Origin: Torpedo marmorata
Taxonomy: Eukaryota
NCBI GenBank assembly: GCA_977017645.1
Contig: OZ360236.1
Coordinates: 39,370,001-39,434,000 of the forward strand
Length of the DNA: 64,000 bases
Reading direction: 5' to 3'
Shown: positions 1-12,889 of the stretch, piece by piece
Numbering within the stretch: the stretch's first letter is position 1
Layout of the letters: each line of letters begins with the position of its first letter
The notes under the pieces: model-generated
The model's database searches: none
The model's input: the letters and a program-made list of their open reading frames with translations, nothing else
What the model was told of the DNA's origin: nothing
Translations under genes and position numbers: made by a program

Positions 1-4
1 ATCA

Positions 5-855
5 TCGAACATGGAACATAAAAAATTACAGCGTACAGGCCCTTCATCCCATCATGTTGTTCCGACCTATATAAACCTACTCAATATTCTAAACATTCCC
101 TCACCTCACACCCGTAACCCTCTATTTGTCTTGCATCCATGTGCTCTTTAACGGGCACATGGATGACCCTATTTTACCAGCCTCCACCACCACACCTGGC
201 AGTGCATTTCAGGCACCCACTACTCTGTGTACAAAAAAAAAACTTGCCCCTGATGTCTCCCCTAAACTTTCCTTCCCTCACCTTTTACAGATGTCCTCTG
301 GTATTTGCTCCTTTCACTTGGAAAAAGGTGCTGGCTGTCCACCCTATCTATGTCTTCAATAATCTTGTAGACCTCTTAAGTCAGCTCTCATCTTTCTTTG
401 CTCCAAAGAGAAAAACCCCAGCTCTGTTAACCTTACCTCATAAGACACATTCTGCAATCCAGGCAACATCCTGGTAAATTTCCTCTGCACCCTCTCTAAA
501 GTTTCCACACCCTTCCTGTAATGAGGTGACCAGAACTGAACATAATATTCCAAGTGTGGTCTAAACAGACTTTTATAGGGCTTCAAGGCTCTTGAATTCA
601 ATCACCCGACTAGTGAAGGCCAGCATACCATAAGCCACTTAACAGCCCTATCAATCTGTGCAGCATCCTTGAGAGATCTATGGATTTAGACCCCAATATC
701 CCTCTGTTCTTCCACACTGTTTAGAATCCTGTCATTAACCATGTACTCCACCTTGAGGGTTGACCTTCCAAAATGCATCACTTCGCACTTATCCAGGTTG
801 AACTCCATTTGCCACGTACCTCTCTGCCCAACTCTGCATCCTGTCTATATCCTTC
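5..855 (-). mobile_element. CR1-family LINE, 3' part (degenerate)
   Basis: ORF 356..601 YKSLFRPHLEYYVQFWSPHYRK..LERVQRKFTRM is the CR1 ORF2 C-terminal motif. Confidence 0.88.
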
Positions 856-1566
856 TAAATTTTTACATTTGGACACGGTAACAGGCTCTTCTGGCCCACA
901 CTATGAAAGTCAGCCCGCGCTGTAATAAAACAAACAGCAGAACACAGTAGAACCAATTAAGCATACAACAGTTTCTTTATTCAACCTTGATAACGCTAGC
1001 GGGAGAAGAGGTACAAAGAAAGAGTTCAGTAACTCGTTCTCTACACTGAGCCCCAACTCAAAGCATGCGGAGTGTTCATCCCACTTTTATACACCTTTGG
1101 GCAGGCGTCTGCATGAGACCCGACAAGTTTCACATGAGTTTCACACAGCTGCCGATACTTGTTTTTACACAACATGTTCCCTTGTGGTGTCTGCAGACGG
1201 CTGGGAAATGTCAGGGTGTCCTTACTCTTGGTGTATTTACATTACTACATTATTTGTGGTGTTAGTTACTATCTCACTACAACACAGGGAAGGTCATGTT
1301 AGAAGGCAACTACATTCCCACCATGTTACAAGGCAACTACTGTATTTTCTCACCTAATTCATTAACCCTTTGTTAAGCATATTCGTTAAACTTACTCTTT
1401 CACAGTGCCGCCCAATTACCTACAACCCTTGTATGTTTAGAAGGGTGGGAGGAAACGCAGACACGGGGAGAATGTACAAACTCTTTACAGACAGCGCCAA
1501 ATTCTAACCCGTGTCGCTTGCACTGTAATAGCGTTGCGCTAACCTCCACACTAACCATGCAGCCCC
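856..1566 (-). mobile_element. tRNA-derived V-SINE (HE1-like) inserted in the CR1 and itself interrupted at 904-1402
   Basis: Tail at 856-903, then V-domain and tRNA-like head at 1403-1566; atatcct occurs on both sides. Confidence 0.75.
904..1402 (-). mobile_element. Probable solo LTR (TGAAAG...CTTTCA)
   Basis: 6-bp terminal inverted repeat; on the minus strand TATAAAA (1085-1091) precedes AATAAA (976-981); cleanly interrupts a SINE; TSD poor (cacta/cagtg). Confidence 0.55.
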
Positions 1567-2555
1567 ATATCCTGTTGTAACCTATGACAATCTTCGACAC
1601 TATCCACAGCACCTCCAACCTTTGTGTCATTTGCAAACTTACTGACCCATCCTTCCACTTCTTCATCCAGGTCATTTGTAAAAATCTCCTTTGGCTCTGC
1701 ACATGGAAGCTTATCCAGATCATTAAGGGTATTTATTCTTTCCCTTGTGAACTTTTTGTTCTTAATATATTTAAAAAATCCTTTTGGATTCTCCCCTACA
1801 CTGTCTCCCAAAGCTATCTCAAAATATATTTTCACCCTCCTTATTTCCTTCTGCACTATGCTCCTGCATTCCTTATATTCCTCAAGGGATTCCCTTGAGC
1901 CTGTCTGCCTGTATCTGGCCTGTGCCTCCTTTTTCTTTCTGATCTGTGCCTCCGTATCTTGTGTTAACTAGGCTTTCTTTACTTTGCCATTCTTGTGGCC
2001 ACTGGCCCCTAAGTGTTCCCCTATTAATACCCAAGTTACTTGACCAGCTTCATTCCCCAGTACAAGGTCCAATATTGTTCCTTCCCTAGTAGGCTTATCC
2101 ATGTATTGCTGAAGAAAGTTTTGTTGGACACACCTAACAAAATTCACCCACCCAATCTAATCCCCTTCCACTTTGGCATTTCCAGTTAATGTAGGAAAAG
2201 TTGAAATCACCCACAATTCAGCCTTGCTATTTTTACAGACATCAGCAATCTTGCTACATATTTAATCCTCCATCTTCTGGTGACAATATGGTGGCTTATA
2301 ATATAGATCCATCAAAGTGACTTCCCTTTTTCGGTTCCTGATTTCCACCCGCATTGCCTGACATGATAGTTCTCGAGCAATATCCTTTCTAAAGACTATT
2401 GTGATGAATGTTGCAACTCTCCCACCTCTTTTCCCACTGACCTGACCACACCTGTAACTATGATACCTCGTAACATTGAGCTGGCAGTCCTGGTCCTCTT
2501 TTAAACATGTCTTCATTATGGCCACATTAACCCTGAATTCTGATCGGCATTGCAC
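1567..2555 (-). mobile_element. CR1 LINE continuation (EN/RT remnants, internally deleted)
   Basis: ORF 1551..1856 ENPKGFFKYIK..WVSKFANDTKVGG; ORF 2262..2555 GKRGGRVA..YYKPP. Confidence 0.8.
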
Positions 2556-3397
2556 AGCTGCATTCTGCTATCAATGCCGAGGATTGCAAATTAAAGTTGA
2601 CCCAGAGGATCATTTGACTTCTTAGCAATTGCATTTGGAGACCCTATGATGTTAGAATAATGATTGTAAGAAATTTCCTTCAATGTAAAAATTTTGCAAT
2701 AGAGTTGTTACGTTTCTTGGTCTGCAGTTGAGAATAATAGAAGAACTATAGGAGAGTTGAGAAGCTCTTTTAATACAGCTTTATTACATGGAATAAACTG
2801 CATGAACAGGTGGTGGATTCAATAGCTTTTCGCAAGAAAACTTGCAAATGCTTGACAGTGAAAAAATTGCAGGATGATCCAGAACGAACAGAGGAGTGAG
2901 ACTTGTTTGGAAAGCTCTTTGAAAGAAGTAGGAAATGGGCAAACTGAACCAAATGGCTTCCTGAATCTCTGATCTCTATTTGTTTGATCTTAAGTTTGAA
3001 CTGGCAGATTCTTTATCTTGAATTTTTCACTCACAACTTCAGCTGTTTGATTTTCATGTTTTTTTTTCCTCTCCTGACTTTGAAGAATACGTATTTTTTT
3101 GGAAAATTTTTTTCTTTGTTGAAATGAACTGAAGCTGTTGAACCGTACCTGCGCTTTAGCAGGCGATGAACACTTCAGAATTTTTAAGGATAACCAGCAG
3201 TTGTGATCATTGAATATTTAGAGCCTTGAAGGGGAAGTTGTTCTTCATACAAATTCTCCTTTTGAACATTCATTCATTTGATGTAATCCCTTCCCCCTAA
3301 CCCCCCACAGTGTATAGAGACAAGTCATTGCAATCAGTCCTTTAGCATGTAACACCAAAATATTTTCCAATTGATGGTTTTGATTTTATTTTTGCAG

Positions 3398-3541
3398 ACA
3401 CCTCTGTCACTTATCAGGTGGATGGAAGCAGGCAGGCACTGAAAGTTATTTTTTACCTTGATGGTCATAACTATGCAGAGTTGCCTTCTAAGTTCCAGAA
3501 TGGTGGAAGTTTAAAGCTACACCCAGTACTTTTCACTCAAG
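3398..3541 (+). CDS. PREX1: PREX1 coding exon (IP4P-like domain): (x)TSVTYQVDGSRQALKVIFYLDGHNYAELPSKFQNGGSLKLHPVLFTQ
   Basis: tttgcag acceptor, g|gtatt donor, phase 1/1; peptide matches remembered P-Rex motif GSRQALKVIFYLD. Confidence 0.92.
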
Positions 3542-3974
3542 GTATTGTAATTTACCTCCTAATATTGCTGTTTTCCTTTTGTCAGTAGTCAAACAATCTC
3601 ACAAATTCTGAATTATTCAAAATGCTTAATTGTAGTAATGTTTTCGATCATTTTATTTTTTTGTTGCTGTTTTTCTCTGAACAATACTTGGGTAAGAAGT
3701 CACAGCTCCTGCTCGTTCTTTGCTAAACGCCATTCCTCTACGTTGTGACATAATCCTATCTTGTACAGATGGTAATTGACCTGTTACCTGATTTTTCCTC
3801 ATCGTATGTTGCAACAAAATGTGTTTTTGTTGATAAAACAAATTAGAATTGATAAAAATATGATCAGACAAACTCCATTATTGTGATTCAACTATAGTTT
3901 TCTAGTGAGCTGTATGCTGAATAATTGTTCTTTGCTGTTATTCCTGAAATACTCAACTGTTGTACATAATCAGT

Positions 3975-5090
3975 AGACCATAAACCATAAGGTATAGGAG
4001 TAGAAGTAGGCCATTTGATTCATTGAGTCTGTTCCACCATTCCATCATGATCTGATCCCTTTTTCAACTCAGCCCCAATCCCCACCTTTTCTCCATAACC
4101 TTTGATACCCTGACTATTCAGATACCTATCAATCTCTACCTTAAATACACCCAACGACTTGGTCTCCACAGCCGCCTGTGGTAGCAAATTCCAGAGGTTC
4201 ACCACTCTCTGGCTAAAGAAATTCCTCCACACCTCTGTTTTAAATGGGCGCTCTTCAATCCTGAAGTTGTGCCCTCTTGTCCTAGACACCCCTACCATGG
4301 GAAACAACTTTGCCATATCTACCCTGTCCAGGCCTTTCAACATTCGAAATGCTTCTGAGGTCCTGCCTCATTCTTCTGAACTCCAAGGAGTGCAGTCCAA
4401 GAGCTGACAAACGTTCCTCATATGCTAATCCCTTAATTCCAGGAATCATTCTTGTGAATATTGTCTGAACCCTCTCCAATGCCAGCATATCCTTTCTTAA
4501 ATAAGGAGCCCAAAACTGTACCCCGTACTCCAAGTGAGGCCTCACCAGTGCCTTATAAAGTCTCAACATCACATCCCTCTCTTATATCCTATTCCTCTAG
4601 TTATGAATGCCAACATTGTATTCACCTTCTTCACCACTGACTCAACCTGGAGGTTAACCTTTAGGGTAACCCGCACGAGGTCTCCCAAGTCCCTTTGTAC
4701 CTCTGAATTTTGAATTTTCTCCCCATCCAAATAATAATCTGCCCTTTTATTCCTTCTTCCAAAGGGCATGACCATACACTTCCAACATTATATTTCATTA
4801 GTCACTTCTTTGTCCCTTCTCCTAATCTATCTTAGTCTCTCTGCAGCCTCTCCATCACTACCTGCTCCTCCACCTATCTATGTATCATTTGCAAACTTAA
4901 CCACATAGCTATTTATACTGCATTCCAAATCATTAACATACAACATAAAAAAGAAGTGGCCCCAACACCGACCATTGTGGAACAACACTTGTAACTGGTA
5001 GCCAACCAAAATGGGATCCCTTTATTCTCACTCTGTTTCCTGAGGATCAGCCAATACTCTACCTATGCTGGTGTCTATCCTGTAATTCCA
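3975..5090 (-). mobile_element. CR1 LINE 3' fragment in a PREX1 intron
   Basis: ORFs 4020..4343, 4282..4572 (LYKALVRPHLEYGVQFWAP) and 4569..4775. Confidence 0.9.
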
Positions 5091-5187
5091 ACTTTTATGT
5101 GATGACTTTATTTTAACCCGTCACAGTGAAGATAGACCAAGTTTATCTTTTCATTTTTAAATTTCATTTTCTACTGTTATTCTTTAG

Positions 5188-5293
5188 CTTTTGAGGGTCA
5201 ATGTAATCCAGAAAATGTGACAGCAGAAGAATTTCAACAACAGATCAATTCAGCATCTCTTGATAAAGTTAAATATTATCATCGAAAACTCAG
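5188..5293 (+). CDS. PREX1: PREX1 coding exon: [36 protein letters not shown]
   Basis: tctttag acceptor, ag|gtaag donor; frame continues from the previous exon; resembles P-Rex [20 protein letters not shown]. Confidence 0.92.
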
Positions 5294-5969
5294 GTAAGCT
5301 TATCACTTGCTGAGTAATCTTTGGGGAAAAAAAAGGAAATTTGGTAACTCTATCTTCTGGAAGATCAACTCTGGTGAATGTATTCTGATTAAATCTCATT
5401 AAGATCTGTGGTGAACAGGTTTCTGTAAACTGATTAGCATTTGGAAAATTTGTTCTTTATTCATCAAGATTCCTCAGAATATATGTTGGAAGATTACGTT
5501 GCACTTTAAAATAATTGCAAACTATTCTATTTTATTAAATAAAAAAGCACGATTCAAAGTGCTTGGAATTGGTACATGACAAAGTAGTGATTTATTGTGC
5601 ACCAGACCAATTTTCTCGTCCAATGTGAGCTTGACCTTGAATTCCAATCTCGTAGACAATTTTTAGCATCACTTTATTTACTAACCAATATTGTGAAGCA
5701 GGATATGAATGCATATTGTTTGATTTTGTATACCAGGATTGACTTGTGGAAAATTGAATTTTACTTTTAGAAAACATCACTGACATCCTTCATCTTCAAA
5801 AGAATGATAATTCCCTTGAAGAGACTGAAGGAAAATTGTGTTGATGTCTTTTGTACCAGTTCTAGATTTAAAACTAAATCAATATTACAATGACCGTACT
5901 ATGGGGCATTTTGAAATGTGTTTCATTTACATAATCAAATTGAATTCTAGGACTTTGATCTTTCTGCAG

Positions 5970-6036
5970 GGCTTTCTATCTCGAAAGGTCTAATTTGCCT
6001 TCTGATTCTTCTGCCACAGCTGTAAAGATAAATAGG
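5970..6036 (+). CDS. PREX1: PREX1 coding exon: [22 protein letters not shown]
   Basis: tttctgcag acceptor, agg|gtaag donor; matches PREX1 [22 protein letters not shown] better than PREX2 AFYLDKSNSPP. Confidence 0.93.
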
Positions 6037-6228
6037 GTAAGATGCCTCAGTAAATGGTTGTTCAGAATCAGAATTTATTGTCATGAACAAGTCATAAAAT
6101 TCGGTATATGTTTTTGAATAATCTGCATTAAACAGACAACCAGATTAATTAATATTATCAAAGAAAGATATACCAGTCTGTAAATCCTCCAGTTTGTCCA
6201 GGAAATAAGGTTTTAATTCTGCAATATA

Positions 6229-6428
6229 CAGTAAAACCCCTGGTGTCTGGCACCTATGGGGTTTGGTAGATGCCGGATCAGTTAATTTTCCGGTTGCTTG
6301 AGATTGTGTGTTGCATGGATTGGCGAACTGACCACTAGAGGGTGCCAATTTTAAACATTTGCATTTTTTTACATATGTTTTGAAACTGCTGGTTGCTTGA
6401 ATTCCAGATAACGAGGATGTTACAATAT
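6229..6428. mobile_element. Tigger/pogo-like MITE (degenerate)
   Basis: TA|CAGTAAAACCCC left TIR; the right TIR is decayed. Confidence 0.5.
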
Positions 6429-6537
6429 ACCACACTGTCCGTAGCTCTCCTTTTTACTTTATTGAACTGTCATTTAACATACTGATTTTGCATTCATTTT
6501 TTGTAATACCAAGATTGCCAGTGTTGCTTAGACTAAA

Positions 6538-7198
6538 CCGTATTGGCTCAAATATCGCGTGCTTTCTGTATGACCCGTGTAAAAGTCGACCCCCCTATTT
6601 TTTGGCCCCGACCGCCTGCCCATCCGAGCTCCTGATGCCCTGACCGCGAACCCTTGGCTGCCTGCCCGTCCGAGCTCCAGACTGCCTGCACATCCAAGCT
6701 CCCGACACCCCGACCGCCCGCCCATCCGAGCTTCTGACGCCCCGACCTCGGATCCTCGCCCCGGCCGCTCACCCACCGGAGCTCCCGACGCCCCGACTGC
6801 CCGCCCATCCGAGCTCCTGACCGTGGACCCTCGCCGCGGCCGCCCGAACACCAGAGCTCTTGACGCCATGGCCACAGACTCTCTCCTTGGCCCCGGCCGC
6901 CTGCCCATCTGATCTCCCGACACCCCGAATGCGGACTTACCACCCAGCTCCGAGCTCCCGACGCCTTGAACGACACAGGTACTTACTGCAGTCAAAAGTA
7001 ATACCCCCCCCCCCAAATTTGACCCAAAAATTGGTCCACAAAACTCTACTATTAGACGAGTAAATATGGTACTTTTGGATTCTTGTGTGAATTTTAGCCC
7101 CTCAAAAGTATGACCCATGTAAAAATCAACCCCCTCCCCCCCAAATTTGACCCAAAAAATTGGTCCACAAAACTCGACTATTACACGAGTATATATGG
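6538..7198. mobile_element. Tc1/mariner-superfamily (Tc2-like) non-autonomous element with an internal GC-rich minisatellite
   Basis: CCGTAT.../...CGAGTATATATGG-TA termini; subterminal repeats; imperfect ~39-bp GC-rich units at 6605-6965; related copy at 27260-27912. Confidence 0.65.
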
Positions 7199-7468
7199 TA
7201 GGTGGGAAGAAGATCTTGTGCAGCATAAATATGAACACAGACTAATTGAATTGAGTGTCTTTTCTTAGTAATGTTGCAAATATAAATTCAGTTTTGTATG
7301 AAATAAACACATTGGGGTTTATATAATTCTGTGCAACAACAGCAAGTAGTAAAACTCAAGTCTTTGGAGGAAGAGGTGGTGGAAATGAGAAGGGGAAACA
7401 TTTTACAAAGTACAGTGGAATTCTTACCATGTACAATGATAACGTATACAGACTTTTTAAATTCACAG

Positions 7469-7659
7469 CTGCTGCGTCCACTGAATGCATTAGAAGAACT
7501 GCAGCGACTCATGGAATTGTACATCAACCCCAAGCATTCAATGCCCATGGCAAACATGAGCAGTCATTCTTCTGGAAAAGCAGTCTTGCCAATCTCCTCT
7601 GAACTCTGCAACCGCCTTGGAGCCTGTCAGATTGTAATGTGCCGCACGGGTATACACAG
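7469..7659 (+). CDS. PREX1: PREX1 coding exon: LLRPLNALEELQRLMELYINPKH...PISSELCNRLGACQIVMCRTGIH(R)
   Basis: ttcacag acceptor, ag|gtaat donor; lies inside ORF 7331..7663; contains the CX5R motif of the IP4P-like domain. Confidence 0.94.
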
Positions 7660-7899
7660 GTAATTGATATCTTTTCAAGTAGTTAAAACTGTGCAGTGTC
7701 TTTGGTGGAAGGCAAAAAATAATTGTAATTCTAAAATATTAGATACTATTGGTGTCTGGTTGCTGGAGCATTTGTATTTGGGAAATAAATCTTTATGGCT
7801 CACTTACATTTCATTCATAATATTGCTGCAGTCTGGACCTCATGGCTAGTGCTATACAAACCTAGTGATCCACAGCATTGCCAGAATAAATGTCAATTC

Positions 7900-8850
7900 T
7901 CAGTAACGTAGTAATATCAGATGGTGAAAGATACAGGACCAGAAGCCAATGTTTTAGGCCATCGATCGAGGCACAAGTTTAGAATCCCACTACTGCAGTG
8001 GGGTATTTAAATTTGAGTAATTAAATCAATCTTGAATTAAAGTTGGTCTCAATAATAGGAACTATGAAACTATTAAGTTGTCAGAATCAGAATTTATTTA
8101 TTGTCATGAACGTCATGAAATTTGGTGTTTTTGCAGCAGCATCATAGTGCAAACATTCATATTATAACCATCTTACAGCATTACAATAAAAAAATAAAAA
8201 TAATAGTGCACGAAAAGTAAGGCAGTGCCTTTGGTTCATAGATTATTCAGGAATCTGATGGTAGCAGGGAAGAAGCTGTCCTTGTGCCGTTGAGTGCTCG
8301 TCTTTAGGCTCCTGTACCTTTTTCCCGATGGTAGCAGAGTGAAGAGGGCATGGCCTGGGTGGTGGGGGTCTTTGAGGATAGAGGCTGCTTTTTTAAGACA
8401 CCGCCTCATGTAGATGTTCTTGATGGAGTGAAGTCTGGTGCCTGTGATGTCACAGGCCGAGTTAACAACCCTCTGGAGTTTATTCTTGTCCTGAGAGTTG
8501 GTGCCTCCATACCAGGCAGTGATGCAACCAGCCAGAATACTCTCCACGGTACACCTGTAGAAGTTTACGAGAGTCTTCGGTGACATACCGAATCTCCTCA
8601 GACACCTCACAAAGTATAGACACTGGCAAGCCTACTTTGTTATTGCATCAACATGGAGGCTCCAGGACAGATCCTCGGAAATGTTGACACCCAGGAATTT
8701 GAAGTTCTTGACCCTCTCCACTTCTGAGCCCTGGATGAGGACTGGGTAGAAACCCATCTGGTTTAGTTGTGTAATTCAGCAAAGGAAATCTGCCATACTT
8801 GCCCACTCTGACGTGTATATTCCAGACTTACTAATATAATTGACTCTTCC
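7900..8850 (+). mobile_element. Old SINE-like element split by a Rex1/Babar fragment
   Basis: gtttagaatcccac head at ~7977 and aaacccatctggtt..ggaaatctgcc body resuming after 8747. Confidence 0.45.
8082..8747 (-). mobile_element. Rex1/Babar LINE 3' fragment
   Basis: ORF 8236..8610 FYRCTVESILAGCITAWYG..HPGHALFTLLPSGKRYRS; (TTCTGA)n tail; highly similar to 21068-21730. Confidence 0.9.
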
Positions 8851-9179
8851 TCAATTTGGGATGAACAATAAAATTCCCAAATTTTTTTTTTGCAACAACT
8901 GCATATGAACAAATAAACAACAAAAGCTTTGCAGGTTTTAAAGTGCCCTTGTTTGTGCTCTGAAACTTAATTAGGGATATGGTTGACGTGCTTCTATTCA
9001 TATAAGACAAAGTAAGCATCTCTCAGAGATTGTTCACATCCTGTTTCTGATTCTGTCAAGTCTGGCATAGACACTAAAATCCAGAACAGCACTGGGTGAA
9101 CTGTAGTTCTGTGTTCATGCTTGCAGCAATGGCATCTACTGGTGAATCCACTGTTGTTCATGGTGACACATCCCTGCTT

Positions 9180-10375
9180 GCATGAATGTGCAGATGGATA
9201 TGAACATCGATGGTTTTATGGTAGCATTGAAGGTTGCCTGAGGCTGCAGCAGGATATAGATGAGTTTGAAAGTTGGATGGAGCATTGGAAGATGGAATTT
9301 AGTCTTGACAATTGTAGGTAATGCATTTCAGGAAGTCAAATAGGGGTCGGATATATTCAATAAATAGAGTCATAGAGTTTTTCAGCACAGTAACAACCTC
9401 TTCAGCTGAAGTTGTCTATGCCAACCAAGCTCATCTAATTTGCCTGCATTTGGCCCACATCCCTCTCAACCTTTCCAATCCATGTACCTATCTAGATGTC
9501 TTTTAAATGTACCAGTTGTCACTGCTTCATCACTTCCTCTGGCAGCTCATTCCATATGCCCACCACCCTCTGTGTGAAGAAGATACTCCTCAGATCTCTT
9601 CTAAATCTTTCTCCTTTTGCATTGAATCTCTGCCCTCTAGTTTTAGATTTTCCCTACCCTGGGAGGGAAAAAACAGGACTATTTACGTCATCTATGCTCA
9701 TGATTTTATAAATCTAAAGCTGATGAAAGCAAGCATGCCAAATGCCCTTTTCACCTCCCTGTCTACCTGCATCGCCACTTTCATGAAATTATGTACCTGT
9801 CTCTCCCCCCCCCCCACCCCTCCTCCAAATGGGAGGGCATTTTGGAATGTTGATGAACAACAACACCTAGTTGATCAAGTCTATAGTTCCCTGAAAAGTG
9901 GCAACACCAGTTGATAGGATAGTGAAGAAGGCATATGGTGAATTGCCTTCATAACTTAGAATACATGTTGCAACTTTACAAAACGCTAATTAAGCTGTTT
10001 TTGGTGTATTGTGCACAGCTTTGGTCGCTTACTTTAGGAAGGATGTGTTCATGCTGGAAAGAATACAGAGGGGATTCATCAGCATGGATATGAGGACTTT
10101 ATTTATGGGGAAAGATTGGTTGGGCTGGGTTTGTTTTCCCTTGGGTAAAGGAGGCTAAGGGATGACATGCGAGAAGTATTTAAAATTATAAGCACCACAG
10201 CTAAGGTAGATGGTCAAAATCTTTTTTCCTGTGGTAGGGACAGATGCTTTAATAGTGAAGGCACAGAAGGCTAAGGCCCTAATGCAGGCAAATGGGATTA
10301 ATATTGATGGGGAAAATGTTAGCATGGATGTGGTGGACCAGAGGACCAATTTTGTGCTGTGCATCTGAGTTTATG
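9180..10375. mobile_element. Nested degenerate CR1 fragments (+ copy interrupted by a - copy at ~9365-9800)
   Basis: LQQDIDEFESWMEHWKMEFS and HFRKSNRGR on +; CR1 3' end sequence on -. Confidence 0.7.
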
Positions 10376-12120
10376 AACTTTGAGGGTGACTCGATATTGC
10401 CTCTACCTTCTGTCACCAGATACACTTTCCTGTCATAATGCTGAAGATTTTCACATCTCTTGTAATAACATCTTTAAAGCAGAGCGTTGGGCCCCCTTTT
10501 GGCAGAGGCCACCTCCCATTATGGTATCTCCTTGGGGCTGTGGCCATCTTGTGACAATGCCCAAGTCAGCAATGGTCCAAGTTTCAGTTCCTTAGCAATG
10601 TCAGAACAACAGAGTGGGGTTTTTATTGCAGATCTGGGAACTGCCATGTTCTGCATTATTATAAAAGTCACAGAGCTTTAGAATGACCTAGTAATACAGA
10701 TTAGCCTGAACATAATGGGTTCTGGAGACCACCTGCAGATTAGAGCAAATCATTGAATGCTGCCTTATGTTTTGATACAGTGAACTTAATGCAGAGTATT
10801 AGTGGCAGGAAGTAATTATGATACTTTGAGGGGATTTTATTTTTTTAAAGAGTAATTTTGGCAATTAAAGTGGTCATATGTCTACCTGATTGAGGTGTTG
10901 TGAAAAAACATGGGTCCTATTCCTGGTTAATATTTCTCCCTTAGTTGAAACTATTTTTAAAAATAAAAGTTAGCTAGTTCTTAACTTCTTTTTGTTTGTA
11001 GGAAATTGCTTTTTAGCAAATTGGCACTTTTACTTTGTCCATATAGATGACCAATTAATTGGTTGTGAAGCATTTATGATATCACAGTCTGTATGGCTGT
11101 TGTATGTATAATTTGTTCACGAATGCAGGATTCATTGAACCTGCTGCTTCACCTGGCATTTGAAATATCAGTGATATCTGCCCTTGTATATATTGTATAG
11201 AATACTGTAACGCCAGGAAGTGACAACTGAGACTGGCAAGGCTGAACTTGTAATTTAACCTGAACACACAAGTTTTGATTATATACTCCACAATGATTAA
11301 ATATTATTAGGGTATAAGTACAGTCAGTCCATGATTCATTTGTAATGACTTGATTCAATTTTCAAAGAACTACTTCCAACAAAGCTGTATTTATGTCGTC
11401 TCAAGTATAACTTTCAAGTTTGCTTTCCTTTTGACAATTGAGCAAGGAAAGCCACTTTGATTCTAATGTATTAAAGTTGTATCTGATATATTAAACTGCA
11501 CAGATTAAAATTTACAACTTGTAGATAGTTCAACTTCTAACCTATTAAATCAGCAATGTTGAGTTGGCCCACTGCATAGTAAATTTGGCCATGATCCAGG
11601 CTATACATTTACATCACTTTACGCAAACTATAATAAATGTATATTTTGTTCAAGCACCTGGAATCCCCAGATGCATATCTAACCAGTGGGTTGTATCAGG
11701 AGCGTGACAGTCTAATTTTAAGTTTCATGACCTTTGGTCAAAATACTAATCTATAAAAATTCACCTTTACTGAAAGGCAATAACAAAACTGTAGCTGTTG
11801 GAAATCAGAATTGAAAAAGAATATTTGAAATACTTTGAACGTCTGACAACAGATATGGAGAGGAACAGAATTAACATTTCGTGTTTATCACCTTGCATCT
11901 AATCCAGGGAATATTGGAAAGCAAACATATTTAGATGCAAAGGGTGAAGAGAAAGAAAGAAAAAAAATCCATGATAGGGCAGCTGAATGACACGATGGTC
12001 TTCGCATTGGTTGAAAGAGGGTTTTGAAAGCTGTTTGGTAACAGCTAACCTCTTGAGGAGATGTGAGTAGAGGGAGATGAATGAGACCAATGCTGGAACA
12101 GAGTGAAATTAGAGATTTTT

Positions 12121-12366
12121 AAATTAAAAAAAAAATTAGACATACAGCATGGTAACAGGCCCTTCAGGCCTACGAGACCGTGTCGCCAAAATTAACCTAC
12201 AGCCCCTGTACATTTTGAAGCGTGGGAGGAAACCGGAGCACCCAGAGGAAACCCACGCAGACACGGGGAGAACGGGCAAACTCCTTACAAACAGTGGCGG
12301 ATTCGAACCCGGGTCGCTGGCAGTGTAACAGCATTGTGCTAACAGTTGTGTGAACCATGCCGCCCG
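12121..12366 (-). mobile_element. V-SINE (HE1-like)
   Basis: Minus-strand box A GGCATGGTTCACACA, box B GGTTCGAATCC and V-domain TTCTCCCCGTGTCTGCGTGGGTTTCCTC. Confidence 0.85.
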
Positions 12367-12889
12367 ATAATAGCAAATGCTAAAATGTTCCACAGGTGAA
12401 GGAAAAGGAAACTGTAGAGAAAGAAAAACGGAGTTAATGTTGACTTTGCATCTTATCTAATCAGTTTTGACATGAACTTGAAAGACTGGATGTCTGGAAT
12501 TTTGGAATAGAGTTTTGAGAGCTCTAATCTGCCCTGCTGAGAGATGAGATGAGACTTCCATGGCTTGAACAATATAAATGCTCAAAAATAGAGGCGAGAA
12601 TAAGATATAAAATTGAAATGATGGTAAATTGTCACCCTTGCAGACTGTTCTTGTTTGTTTGTGAATCTATTTTTGCAAAATGGATCTTGAAAGGAACTTG
12701 TCATGCTGAGTTTCTCCAGCACATTTATTTATTGTACTCGATCCCAGCCTCTACAGACTTTTTCTTGATCTCTTCAGTGAGATTTATTGTGTTAATAGAC
12801 TGTTTTCTCCAGCTCATCTTAGTTGATCTTGCTGTTGTGTGAATGGAATCCAGAAGTGGTTTAAATCTTGACATTTAAATTTTGCACAG

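Noticed and set aside
6528-7238. 236-aa and 209-aa (27493..28122) Gly/Arg-rich ORFs
   Set aside because: They are stop-poor readings of a GC-rich minisatellite inside a MITE.
7331-7468. 5' part of ORF 7331..7663 as coding sequence
   Set aside because: It lies upstream of the splice acceptor at 7467-7468, so it is intronic open frame.
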